Assembly (NCBI GenBank): GCA_963823445.1
Contig: CAWGLT010000004.1
Span: 270,084-334,083, forward strand
Length of the DNA stretch: 64,000 nucleotides
Direction of reading: 5' to 3'
DNA from: an uncultured Acidobacteriota bacterium
Lineage (GTDB): Bacteria > Acidobacteriota > Thermoanaerobaculia > Thermoanaerobaculales > Sulfomarinibacteraceae
This document shows, piece by piece, positions 10,158 to 19,291 of the stretch; the stretch's first letter is position 1, and every line of letters begins with the position of its first letter. The position numbers and the translations under genes were made by a program. Below the pieces are notes generated by a model. The model was not told the DNA's origin. It searched no databases and saw only the letters and a program-made list of their open reading frames with translations.

Positions 10158-10946
10158 TCACTCTGACCAATCAGGAGTTTCTTTGCGCTCGAGAAAGGTC
10201 TTCACCCCCCGAACGCACTCGGGGTGAAGCCGGTGCGACGCGTTAACCCTGGCGGCGTGGGCGAGCGCCTCCCTCCACCCCATCCCGGCGGTTGCGTTGA
10301 GCAGGTCTTTGGTCGCGGCGATGGCGGCGGGGGAGCATTTTCCGGCGATTCGTCGGCCGAGTTCCCTGGCCCGATCGAGGGTCTTTCCCTCTTCGACGAG
10401 CTCGTCGGCGAGACCGAGGGAGACGGCGCGTTCGCCGTCGATGCGCTCGGGGTCGAGGAGCAGGCGGCGGGCGACATGGCCGGGAACCCTCCGGGTGAGG
10501 AAGGTCAGGACGAGAGCCGGAACATAGCCGATGGTGACCTCGGTGTAGGCGAAGCGCGAACGGGGTTCCGCCACCACGAAATCGCAGGCCGTGGCGAGAC
10601 CGCAGCCGCCACCGATGGCGGCGCCGTGGACCGCGGCGATGGTGAGTTTGGGGTGGCCGAGAAGAACTTCAAAGAGCTCGCGCAGCGATTCCGAGTCCCG
10701 GCGGAGGCCGTCGGGATCGCTCCCGGTCGCAACCTGGTGCAGGGCCCCGAGATCGGCGCCGGCGGAGAAATGGCGGCCTGCGCCGGTGAGAACCACCGCC
10801 CGGACCTCGGGTGAATCCGCGGCCGATCGGAGCGCGTCGGTGAGCGCAATGACGAGTTTGGATGAGAGTGGGTTGGCGCGATCGGGGTCGTTGAGGGTCA
10901 GGACCCTGACGGCAGCCTCGTCGCTGGTGAGAACCGGGGTATTCAT
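10158..10946 (-). CDS. Enoyl-CoA hydratase/isomerase family protein
   Basis: The 3' 262 codons of ORF 10158..11495. Starts at ATG 10946 (MNTPVLTSD). Crotonase motifs LTGAGRHFSAGADL and AAVHGAAIGGGCGLA. Confidence 0.8.
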   Translation of the reverse strand: MNTPVLTSDEAAVRVLTLNDPDRANPLSSKLVIALTDALRSAADSPEVRAVVLTGAGRHFSAGADLGALHQVATGSDPDGLRRDSESLRELFEVLLGHPKLTIAAVHGAAIGGGCGLATACDFVVAEPRSRFAYTEVTIGYVPALVLTFLTRRVPGHVARRLLLDPERIDGERAVSLGLADELVEEGKTLDRARELGRRIAGKCSPAAIAATKDLLNATAGMGWREALAHAARVNASHRLHPECVRGVKTFLERKETPDWSE

Positions 10947-11012
10947 GGGGTTGATCGTAGCACCGACGGCGGCTGCGCCCCGCCGGTGGCGGTTCGTGTA
11001 AGATCCCCTCTC

Positions 11013-12305
11013 ATGACCAGGTTCCGTTCCACCGCACGTTTTTTCGGGCACGTGGGGCGTGATTTTCTGGGCACCCTTCGAGCCCGGGTGCGGCGTACCT
11101 ATGAGTGGATCGTCTACGGCACCGACGATGTCCATGTCGGTGTCGATGTCTTCCCTTTCGCCGAGACCTTGACCGGAGTTGGCTGGTACGAGTGGAATCT
11201 CCTGAGCGCCCTCGATGAGCGTGAGGACGGACTCCGGTTCAATCTCTACGCGCATACCTTTCTCGCGCCCGGGGAGCAGCCTCCGCCGGTGCCGGGCCAC
11301 CGCAGGATGCGGTTGCGGACCCATCAGATTCCGGATGGTTTTCTCCTCCCGGTGAATCCCTCGCTGTGGCTCCTGCGGCACCTGGTGGAACCCGTGCTCT
11401 GTCTGCTCGACGGCAACGATGTCATCTTCGCGCCCAATTTCAAACCGGCGCGTTATCAGCGGTTCCTCGGCCGCCGGATGGTCATCACGGTGCACGATCT
11501 GGCCTTTGCGGTGATGCCCGAGGTGGTCGCGCCGGAAACCCTGGACGAACTCCGCTCGCGGTTTGCAAAGTCACTCCGGCGTTCCGAGCGGATCATCGCC
11601 GTCTCGGAGGCGACGGCCGGAGATCTCGTCGAGTACTTCGCCGTCGCACGGGGTCGGATCCACACCATTCACGAGGGGCTCGATCCGCACTTCGCCGCCG
11701 TGGTTGACGACCGGGAACCCGATGCCTCCCTGCCCGAGGACTACCTGCTCTTTGTTTCGACCATCGAGCCGCGGAAGAACGTCATCGGCGTCCTGCGAGC
11801 GTTCGCGCTCCTGGCCGAATGGGGCTATCCCGGCAAGCTGGTCGTCGTCGGCCGTTGGGGCTGGCGCACCGAGACGATCCGAGCCGAGCTCGAGGCGTCG
11901 CCGGTTCGAGACCGGATCGTCCATCTCGACTACATCGAGCGCGACCGCATGGTCTCGATCTACCGCCAGGCGCGGGCGCTGCTCTTTCCATCGTGGATCG
12001 AAGGCTTCGGGCTGCCGATCCTCGAGAGCATGGCGTGTGGAACACCGGTGGTCACATCGGGTCGATCGGCCATGCCCGAGGTGGCCGGCCCGGCCGGGGT
12101 CTATGTCGATCCCGAGAGTGCGCACGGGATCGCGACCGGGGCGGCCTCGCTTCTTGACGACCCGGATCACCACGAGCGGCTGCGGGGTCTCGGCCGCGAG
12201 CGCGCACGGCGGTTCTCGTGGGACAAGGCGGCAGCCGCGACAGCAGGCGTCTTCCGCCGAGCAGCCGGGAAGCGGCCGGTCGGACCCGATGAATATCGGG
12301 TGTGA
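11013..12305 (+). CDS. Glycosyltransferase family 1
   Basis: ORF 10986..12305. ATG 11013 (MTRFRS) is the preferred start. Has FVSTIEPRKN and EGFGLPILESMACGTPVVTS motifs. Confidence 0.75.
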   Translation: MTRFRSTARFFGHVGRDFLGTLRARVRRTYEWIVYGTDDVHVGVDVFPFAETLTGVGWYEWNLLSALDEREDGLRFNLYAHTFLAPGEQPPPVPGHRRMRLRTHQIPDGFLLPVNPSLWLLRHLVEPVLCLLDGNDVIFAPNFKPARYQRFLGRRMVITVHDLAFAVMPEVVAPETLDELRSRFAKSLRRSERIIAVSEATAGDLVEYFAVARGRIHTIHEGLDPHFAAVVDDREPDASLPEDYLLFVSTIEPRKNVIGVLRAFALLAEWGYPGKLVVVGRWGWRTETIRAELEASPVRDRIVHLDYIERDRMVSIYRQARALLFPSWIEGFGLPILESMACGTPVVTSGRSAMPEVAGPAGVYVDPESAHGIATGAASLLDDPDHHERLRGLGRERARRFSWDKAAAATAGVFRRAAGKRPVGPDEYRV

Positions 12306-13413
12306 CGCCCGGGCGCTTGCCGGGCCGCGGACCGGGGTCGGGACATGGACCGAGCGGGTCGCGGGGGGGCTCGCCCGGGCGGGGGCGGGGACGGTTCACC
12401 TCGCAGCGTCAAAACCGATTCGACTCGAGCCGTCCGAGCTCCACCCCAACCTGATGATCGTCCCGGCGCCGCGGTGGCCCACCCTCGGACCTGTTTGGCT
12501 CAACACCACCGTGCCGCGTCAGCTCGAGGCGTTGAATGCGGAGGTCTGGATCGGATCCCTGGCGATCCTGCCCATCCGTTGTCCGGTTCCCGCCATCGCC
12601 ATGGTGCACGATCTGACGCCGCGGACCCACCCCGCCCGACACACTCTCGCCAACCGGATCGTCTTCAAGCTCTTTCTCGAACGATCCCTGAGATCGGCGC
12701 GCGCCGTGGTCACCGGTTCCGCGGCCACCGAGCACGAACTGCTGGCGGCGTTCCCGTGGGTCTCCCCAAAGCTCGAGCGAATCGGTTATGGGGTCGATGA
12801 GTGGTACTCACCCGCTCCATCCGGCGATGATGGGGACGTCATCCGGGCACGATTCTCCGCCGGCCGGCGCTATCTGCTCCATCTCGGCACCATCGAGCCG
12901 CGCAAGGGGATCACGGACCTGGTCGCGGCTTGGGAACGGCTGCAGGCGGAGCTTGCGGATCCGCCCGATCTCGTGATCGCGGGAGGACAGGGGTGGGGGA
13001 CCGGGCCCATCCTCGACCGGATTCGATCGTCTTCGTTTGTCGATCGGATCCACCAGCCCGGATACGTCAGCCGCGAAGACGCTCGGGATCTCCTGCGTCA
13101 CGCCGAGGTCTTCGCGCTGGCCTCCGAGGCCGAGGGATTCGGTCTGCCGCTGGCCGAAGCCATCAGTTGCGGGACGCCGGCAGTGGCGACGGAAATCCCC
13201 GCGTTGCGCGAATCCGGGGGCGACGCGGCGCTGCTGTGTCCGCCAAACGATCCGAAGGCGCTTGCGGCAGCTTTGGTCGAGGCCTTGAATCCCGCCACCG
13301 CCGCGCGGTTGCGCGAACGCGCCCGCGATCGGGCGCCAAAGCTCCGCTGGGGTCCGGTGATCGACGCCTGGACCGATCTCCTCGAGCGCGTCACCACCTT
13401 CGGACGGCACTGA
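12289..13413 (+). CDS. Glycosyltransferase family 1
   Basis: The 3' part of ORF 11563..13413. ATG 12289 (MNIGCDARAL) overlaps the upstream gene by 17 nt. Has LGTIEPRKG and EGFGLPLAEAISCGTPAVAT motifs. Confidence 0.75.
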   Translation: MNIGCDARALAGPRTGVGTWTERVAGGLARAGAGTVHLAASKPIRLEPSELHPNLMIVPAPRWPTLGPVWLNTTVPRQLEALNAEVWIGSLAILPIRCPVPAIAMVHDLTPRTHPARHTLANRIVFKLFLERSLRSARAVVTGSAATEHELLAAFPWVSPKLERIGYGVDEWYSPAPSGDDGDVIRARFSAGRRYLLHLGTIEPRKGITDLVAAWERLQAELADPPDLVIAGGQGWGTGPILDRIRSSSFVDRIHQPGYVSREDARDLLRHAEVFALASEAEGFGLPLAEAISCGTPAVATEIPALRESGGDAALLCPPNDPKALAAALVEALNPATAARLRERARDRAPKLRWGPVIDAWTDLLERVTTFGRH

Positions 13414-13492
13414 ACTTCGACGTGCTCGGGTTTTTCACCACAGAGGCACAGAGACACAGAGAAGTCCCGAACCGTATCGAGGTCGTTCCGGT

Positions 13493-14194
13493 CTACAGAT
13501 CGTCGAGAGAGGTGATGGAATGAGCGTCGATCTCGATGGCCTGACCTTCGAGGGCGATGGTGCAGACGGTGGCGGGGATCTCGACGCCGGCGAGGGACCA
13601 GCGCGCTGCATCACTCCGATGGCCGGAGACGGCGATGAGACGCGGCGGACGGGTCGGGTCGGGCTCGGTCTCGACCTCGCGGAGGGGCATGCCGACGCCG
13701 ATTCCGGTGGCCTTGAGCCAGGCCTCTTTCTGGGTCCAGATGCGGAGAAAGGTCAGGTCGCGTTCGGTGCCGCCGGCCGAGCGGACCGCGGCCTCCTCGG
13801 CCGGGCTGAAGAACCGGCGCGCCAACCGCTCTGCCCTCTGCACTCCGCGGAGCCGCTCGACGTCGACGCCGACGGCAGCCGGCGCGAGGGCGAGCACCAC
13901 GATGTCGCCCGAGTGCGAGAGGTTGAATTCCGGGGCGGTCTCGACGGAAGCGAGTGAGGGTTTGCCGCGCTCCCCGAACGAGATGGCGAGGCTCCGAGGG
14001 TCGGCTCCGACGGCGGCGCCGAGCATCTGCCGCAGCATGGCTCGACCGAGCACGAACCGGTGGCGAGCCGAGTCCACAGCGAAGCGCCCGGCCCGCCGCC
14101 GTTCTCCTTCGGGGAGCCGGGACATCAGGTCATCTATCCGGCCGTCGAAGTCCGATACGCGGGCCCAGCGAAACAGAACGGCGGCGTCGGTCAT
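13493..14194 (-). CDS. 4'-phosphopantetheinyl transferase (Sfp-type)
   Basis: 233-aa ORF. Has the FNLSHSGD...GVDVE core and the WTQKEAWLKATG motif of the PPTase superfamily. Confidence 0.8.
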   Translation of the reverse strand: MTDAAVLFRWARVSDFDGRIDDLMSRLPEGERRRAGRFAVDSARHRFVLGRAMLRQMLGAAVGADPRSLAISFGERGKPSLASVETAPEFNLSHSGDIVVLALAPAAVGVDVERLRGVQRAERLARRFFSPAEEAAVRSAGGTERDLTFLRIWTQKEAWLKATGIGVGMPLREVETEPDPTRPPRLIAVSGHRSDAARWSLAGVEIPATVCTIALEGQAIEIDAHSITSLDDL

Positions 14195-14241
14195 CCTCGC
14201 GATGCTACCGTTCCTGATCGCCGCCTGCTACCCTCGCCGGC

Positions 14242-14637
14242 ATGGACCACTTGCCGTTTGTCACCGAAATCCAGGTGAGATGGCGCGACATCGACGCCAA
14301 GAGCCACGTCAACAACGCCACCATCGTGACCTATCTCGAAACCGCGCGGACCGAGCTCTGGCGCCATCGATTCGGCGGTGGAATCGACATTCCATTCGTC
14401 GTTGCTCGGGTCGAGGTCGACTATCGGCGCCAGATCACCATCGACGACCGTGTGCGGATCGGGCTCTGGGTGGAGGATCTCAAGGGGGCGAGCTATGTCT
14501 TCGCCTACCGCATCGAGGTCAACGGGATCCACGCCGCCGATGCCCGCACCCTGATGGCCCACATCGGACCCAACGGGAGACCGATCCGGATCGGACCCGA
14601 GATGCGCGCCAAGCTCGAGACGCTGACGCTCGATTGA
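14242..14637 (+). CDS. Acyl-CoA thioesterase, hotdog fold (YbgC/4HBT family)
   Basis: 131-aa ORF. VRWRDIDAKSHVNNATIVTYLETAR matches the 4HBT/YbgC N-terminal catalytic region. Confidence 0.8.
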   Translation: MDHLPFVTEIQVRWRDIDAKSHVNNATIVTYLETARTELWRHRFGGGIDIPFVVARVEVDYRRQITIDDRVRIGLWVEDLKGASYVFAYRIEVNGIHAADARTLMAHIGPNGRPIRIGPEMRAKLETLTLD

Positions 14638-14655
14638 TGACCGAAGCGACCGCCG

Positions 14656-14825
14656 TTTTGAAACACGAAGGTCACGAAGATCCACAAAGGCTTCACCAAG
14701 CAGCGTAATTTTTGACCCGGGCTCCTTCCGAGCCTCGACGCGCACCTTCGCCTGAGAAGCCGCGATGAGCAAAATAAATGCCTTCGTGATTTCTTGGTGG
14801 TTCTTTGTGATCTTCGTGTTTCAAA
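14656..14825. repeat. MITE-like element, copy A (about 45-nt imperfect terminal inverted repeats built from CACNAAG words)
   Basis: The ends tttgaaacacgaaggtcacgaagatccacaaagg and ccttcgtgatttcttggtggttctttgtgatcttcgtgtttcaaa are inverted complements. The core caccaagca.cg.aat.tt.gacccgggctcc.tccga is shared with copies at 16974 and 32631. Confidence 0.65.
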
Positions 14826-14973
14826 CAACTCGCTGACGGCCGGACTGCCGATCCACGAAGTCCAGATCCGCCGACGATGCTCTGATCCGTGGCCATCCGT
14901 CCGGTCCGCGCGAATCCGTGTCCCAACGCGGTGGACTGTTGACCGTCGACTGTGAACTGTCGACTTCGGTCAG

Positions 14974-16743
14974 CTACCCCCTCGACTCGAGCCAGTGGAA
15001 CCAGATCGGGTGGTGTCGCTTGTACCAGGCCAGGACCTCCTTGATGAGGGCCCTCTTGTCGGGTGGGAGGACCGAATCGTCCACCTGATCGAAATTGATC
15101 ACCATCCGGTCGTTGGGGAGGTACTCGATGGCCTCGGAGCAGAGGGTCTGGAGCTCGTTGCGGATGCGACCCGAGTCGGAGATCTTCACCGCCCTGGCGC
15201 GGAAGTCCTGGCCGGCGTAGAAGCGGTCGAGGAGCGGTGAAAACACCATCCGCATCTCGTCCATGGGTTCCATCAGCCGAAGGGTCAGGGTGACATCGAG
15301 CATCCCCGCGCGGGTCGCGGCGCGGGTGGTGACCTTGTAGACCCCATCGCCCAGAACCTCGACCCCGGGCATCCCGGTGTAGGGGTCGGGGAGCATGGCG
15401 GAGCTCAAACTGAGAACTCGCCACTCCTTGTTGGGGAAGAAATCGTCGGCCGTCGCCGTCCGTTTGTCGGCGGGAAGGCAGGCGGCTCTGGCGTCGCGGA
15501 GATTCTCGCGGTAGAGCTCGATGACGGCGGGATCGACCTCCTGATCCGTGATCGCTGCCAGTCTCTCGCCGTAGTCCTCGGCTTCGGGATCGAGCCGCAT
15601 GAGGAGGTGTTCACGGTCATAGGCGATCTTGAACCGTGATGAAAAGAGGCACATGGAGGTGAAGGTGTCGAGGATCGGATCGAGGCTGGCGCCCTGCATG
15701 GCCTCGGCCGACGCCGAGTAGCCGTCACAGATGAAGAGGTGGCGTTCGTGATCACGCTCGGACTCACCCACCAGGTAGACCGGCGCGTAGGTCCCCGATT
15801 CGGTGAAGGCCGGAATCCCGGTTTCCGGGATGATCCAGCCATCCTCCACGACGTGGGCGCCCAGGGAGCGCCACTCGTGCCAGAGCTTGCCGATACGGTG
15901 CTCTCGAGATGGGCCGCCGAGGGTCCAGACGTGGACATTCTCGGTCTTGATGCCGGGATAAGTGGCGAGGATCGCTTCCATGACCAACCGGCGAGGAGTC
16001 AGAAAATCGATGAGGATCGAGCCTTCGGCGGCCTGTTCGACGACCTTCCTGGGGAGGATGAGATTGCCCATGTACCCCTCGTAGGGACGGGCGACCTTGA
16101 GCGGTTGGTCAAAGAGGTGGAAGACCGCGAGTGCGCCGGTCGGCGCCCCCTTGGCAAAGCGGGAGGTGTTCTCCAGGGTATCCAGCGCGGCGCCCCAGAC
16201 CGTGATCCCGGCGGCCTGAATGTCGCGCCAGAACTCGGACCACTCGTAACCGTCCTCATTGAGCATCCGGTGGACGCGGCGGTCGAGAAAACGGGCGACC
16301 TGGGGTCGGGCGTAGACCCGGCCGAAACCGAGTTGGGGGTTGGAACCCATCTCGGGGGTCTCTCCGGCCTTGGGCATGAGTCCCTCGCCGAGGCTCACCA
16401 TGACCGCGTGGTTCTCCGGAAGATTCCGCGTGAGATACCAGAGCGCCTCGGAGAGCGCATACGCCGAGACCGCGTCCGCGTCCTTCTTGACCCGATTGAC
16501 GGTGGCCTTGTCCTGACCCTTGCCCTCGGCGTAGCGGCCGAAGAGCCTCGTTCCGAGAGCGGTGACCGCGTTGGCGATGATGAAGGCCCGTTCGAGGGAC
16601 TCGCCGACAAATGCGTGATCGGTCTCTCGACGATCTCCGAGCCAGGTCTCTTCGACATCTTCGAGCCAGAGATGGAAGCGCCCGAGAACCCCGCGGGTGT
16701 CGTAGGCCCACTGGGCGACGCGGTTTCGGCGGTCATCGGTCAT
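14974..16743 (-). CDS. Hypothetical protein. The N-terminal ~330 aa resemble the class II fructose-1,6-bisphosphatase (GlpX) fold; the ~250-aa C-terminal extension is unknown.
   Basis: ORF 14974..16755. ATG 16743 is preceded by GGAGGA. By-eye similarity to GlpX blocks: LDTLENT versus DPIEGT, SLGEG versus GEGE, VWTLGGPSREHRIGKLWHEWRSLGAHV versus ILAKPRH..I..MQQLGVRV, and DGYSASAEAMQGASL versus GIGGAPEGV. The coding call is solid; the function call is tentative. Confidence 0.55.
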   Translation of the reverse strand: MTDDRRNRVAQWAYDTRGVLGRFHLWLEDVEETWLGDRRETDHAFVGESLERAFIIANAVTALGTRLFGRYAEGKGQDKATVNRVKKDADAVSAYALSEALWYLTRNLPENHAVMVSLGEGLMPKAGETPEMGSNPQLGFGRVYARPQVARFLDRRVHRMLNEDGYEWSEFWRDIQAAGITVWGAALDTLENTSRFAKGAPTGALAVFHLFDQPLKVARPYEGYMGNLILPRKVVEQAAEGSILIDFLTPRRLVMEAILATYPGIKTENVHVWTLGGPSREHRIGKLWHEWRSLGAHVVEDGWIIPETGIPAFTESGTYAPVYLVGESERDHERHLFICDGYSASAEAMQGASLDPILDTFTSMCLFSSRFKIAYDREHLLMRLDPEAEDYGERLAAITDQEVDPAVIELYRENLRDARAACLPADKRTATADDFFPNKEWRVLSLSSAMLPDPYTGMPGVEVLGDGVYKVTTRAATRAGMLDVTLTLRLMEPMDEMRMVFSPLLDRFYAGQDFRARAVKISDSGRIRNELQTLCSEAIEYLPNDRMVINFDQVDDSVLPPDKRALIKEVLAWYKRHHPIWFHWLESRG

Positions 16744-16973
16744 GCAATCCTCCAACTCGGCTCTCTGTCGATCCAGTACCGCTCACTTTGCCACGGAGGC
16801 GCGTTGTTCTCAAGGAAAAAGGAGGTGGCGGTCGGAACAGTAAGTCGACAGTTCTCAGTCGAAGCAGGAAGTTGACAGTCAACAGTTGACAGGCCATCGC
16901 CATGGGATATCGATTAGAGGGGCGCTGGCGTAGCTGGACTGCGGGCATGGGTGATCCGATCTTCAGCGGTTTG

Positions 16974-17142
16974 TTTGAAACACAAAGATCACAAAGATCC
17001 ACCAAGAAACCACGAAGGCACCCATTTGGGTTATCGCAGGTCCTCAGGCGAGGGTGCGCCTCGAGGCTCGGAGGGAGGCCGGGTCAATATTGCGATGCTT
17101 GGTGGAGCCTTCGTGGGTCTTTGTGACCTTTGTGTTTCAAAA
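16974..17142. repeat. MITE-like element, copy B (inverted relative to copy A)
   Basis: The reverse complement aligns with copy A across both TIRs and the core (caccaagcatcgcaatattgacccggcctccctccgagcctcgaggcgcaccctcgcctgagg). Confidence 0.65.
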
Positions 17143-17247
17143 CATTGGCCCGTTCGGCCTCTTACACCGCCTCATCGGAGAACACCGCTCCTTTGTGGTG
17201 GCGATTGATCGTTCTCTGCATTGTGAGTGCTGCGATGGGCTCGACTG

Positions 17248-18216
17248 TCAACTATCGACCATCGACTTTGATCGCCACCAATTGAGGAGATCGAGGAGGG
17301 TCTGCTCGAGCGGGATCTCGGCGCGCCAACCGGTGGCCGCTTCGATCCGCGACGGGTCGCCGACAATCCATGGGATGTCGGAGGGGCGGACCCGGGCGCC
17401 GTCGACCTCGACCGAGATCTTGCACCGGCTCATTTCGATCAGCAGCCTGACAACCTCGGAAATCACCACCGGGCGGCCGGTGCAGATGTGGAAGACGCCG
17501 CCTGCGTGGCGGCGGTCCGCAATGAGTCTGCAGGCGCGCACGGCGTCGCGCACATCGGTGAAGTCGCGCACCGAGTCCAGATTGCCGACCTCGAGGACCG
17601 GGGGCGAGAGTCCCGCTTCCATCCTTGCGATCTGGCGGGCGAAGGATGAGGCGACAAAATGCGGCGGTCGTCCCGGGCCGGTGAGGTGGAAGAAACGCAG
17701 CCGGATGGTGGCCAGGCCGAGACCGGCGTGGTATTGCGAAGTCAGGAGATCCTGGGCGACCTTGGAGGTTCCATAGGGTGAGAGCGGAGCAAAGGGCGCG
17801 TCCTCGCGGAGCGGCGAACTGGTGTCGTCGATGCGGCCGTAGACCTCCGCCGTCGAGGAAACCACCACCACCGGATCGAGTTCAGCCTCGAGCACGGCAT
17901 CGAAGAGGTGAGCGGTCCCGACGGCGTTGATTTCCAGGGAGCGCGCCGCTGAGCCCCACGATCTCGCGACCGAGGTTGCGGCCGCGAGGTGATAGATCAG
18001 ATCGGGTCGCGCCGCCTCGAGGATCGGTTTTACCGAAACACGATCAACGAGATCCCCTTCGATCAATCGAATGCCGGGAGCCGTTTTCTCGAGGCTCTCG
18101 CGGTCGTAGTCACCCCAGGTGAGGCCCCAGATTTCGGCTTGGGCATCGTGCGCTCGGAGTTCGGCCGCCAGGTGGGCGCCGACAAAACCCGTGATTCCGG
18201 TGATCAGGATGCGCAT
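17248..18216 (-). CDS. NAD-dependent epimerase/dehydratase (SDR family, nucleotide-sugar modifying)
   Basis: ORF 17248..18252. ATG 18216 gives MRILITGITGFVGAHL (Rossmann GxxGxxG). Has the YGTSK catalytic motif. Overlaps the upstream gene by 13 nt. Confidence 0.8.
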   Translation of the reverse strand: MRILITGITGFVGAHLAAELRAHDAQAEIWGLTWGDYDRESLEKTAPGIRLIEGDLVDRVSVKPILEAARPDLIYHLAAATSVARSWGSAARSLEINAVGTAHLFDAVLEAELDPVVVVSSTAEVYGRIDDTSSPLREDAPFAPLSPYGTSKVAQDLLTSQYHAGLGLATIRLRFFHLTGPGRPPHFVASSFARQIARMEAGLSPPVLEVGNLDSVRDFTDVRDAVRACRLIADRRHAGGVFHICTGRPVVISEVVRLLIEMSRCKISVEVDGARVRPSDIPWIVGDPSRIEAATGWRAEIPLEQTLLDLLNWWRSKSMVDS

Positions 18217-19064
18217 CGTGCCTCGAAATAGCGCGTCAGAGCGTCCTGCCAATCCGGCAGTCGGCGGCCGATCAATGCTTCGATGCGGGACGTGTCGAGC
18301 CCCGAGTATGCCGGGCGCCGGGCGGGCCGGGGAAACTCGTCGGTGGCGACCGGAACCACCTCGACCCGAGCCTCGAGGAGCCGAACGATCTCGGTGGCGA
18401 ATCCGTGCCAGGAGGTGATGCCGGAGTTGACGGCGTGAACGGTGCCGGTCGCACCGACGGCTGTAAGATCGAGGATCGCCGCCGCGAGATCGTCGCAGAA
18501 GGTCGGCGATCCGAACTGATCTGCGACCACCCTGAGCTGTCGGTTTCCGGCCTCGATCTGGCGCTCGATGGCGCCGACGAAATGACGGCCGCCCAAACCG
18601 TAGAGCCAGGCGGTTCGGACGATGAGGTGATCGTCGGCCCCGCGCGCTGCTTGTTCGCCGAGAAGTTTGGTTCGGCCGTAGGCGCTCGCCGGCGCAACGG
18701 GGTCGTCCTCGCGATAGGGTGTGCTGGCCGTCCCATCGAAGACATAGTCGGTGGATATCTGGATGAGCTTCGAGCCGCTCGTGTTGCAGGCGTCGGCGAG
18801 ATGGGCGACCGCGGTGGCGTTCACCCTGCGGGCTTCGTCCTCGTGTTGCTCACAATCGTCCACCGCGGTGTAGGCGGCGCAGTTGACGACGATTCGTGGG
18901 CGGGCCTTGGTGATCCATGACATGACCGCATCGCGGTCGGTGATGTCGATGGTATCCACATCGCGACCCTCGGCGGAGAATCCGCGGGTCTGGGCCTCCG
19001 CTAGGACGGCTTTGCCGAGCTGCCCGTACGACCCGGTAATGAGGAAGTTTCTGTCGGCGTCCAT
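18204..19064 (-). CDS. rfbD: dTDP-4-dehydrorhamnose reductase (RmlD/RfbD family)
   Basis: ORF 18204..19109. ATG 19064 (MDADRNFLITGSYGQLG). Has NCAAYTAVD, ISTDYVFDG, YGRTKLLGE and PRPARRPAYS motifs typical of RmlD. Confidence 0.85.
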   Translation of the reverse strand: MDADRNFLITGSYGQLGKAVLAEAQTRGFSAEGRDVDTIDITDRDAVMSWITKARPRIVVNCAAYTAVDDCEQHEDEARRVNATAVAHLADACNTSGSKLIQISTDYVFDGTASTPYREDDPVAPASAYGRTKLLGEQAARGADDHLIVRTAWLYGLGGRHFVGAIERQIEAGNRQLRVVADQFGSPTFCDDLAAAILDLTAVGATGTVHAVNSGITSWHGFATEIVRLLEARVEVVPVATDEFPRPARRPAYSGLDTSRIEALIGRRLPDWQDALTRYFEARCAS

Positions 19065-19291
19065 GGCAGCGGATGGTAGCAGAAAGGGCGTGAGGGGGTG
19101 AGGGCCCAACCCTACGGCTCCTCAATCCCATGTGGCGGAGACACCGGACAATCCCTCACACCCTCAAGGCCAGGCGCCGAAAACCAAGGCCGCACCTTCA
19201 AGTCCTCGAGCCCTCATCCCCAATGGGGTCGACTGCGATGGAATAGCGTGCCTGACAATTGGATTACCTTTGACGACCCGAGGAGGGAATC

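Noticed and set aside
19065-19291. THF-type riboswitch or other known leader upstream of folE.
   Set aside because: The region contains GGGGTGA/CCCTCA heptad blocks that can pair. I could not match it to any riboswitch consensus I can recall with confidence, so there is insufficient evidence.
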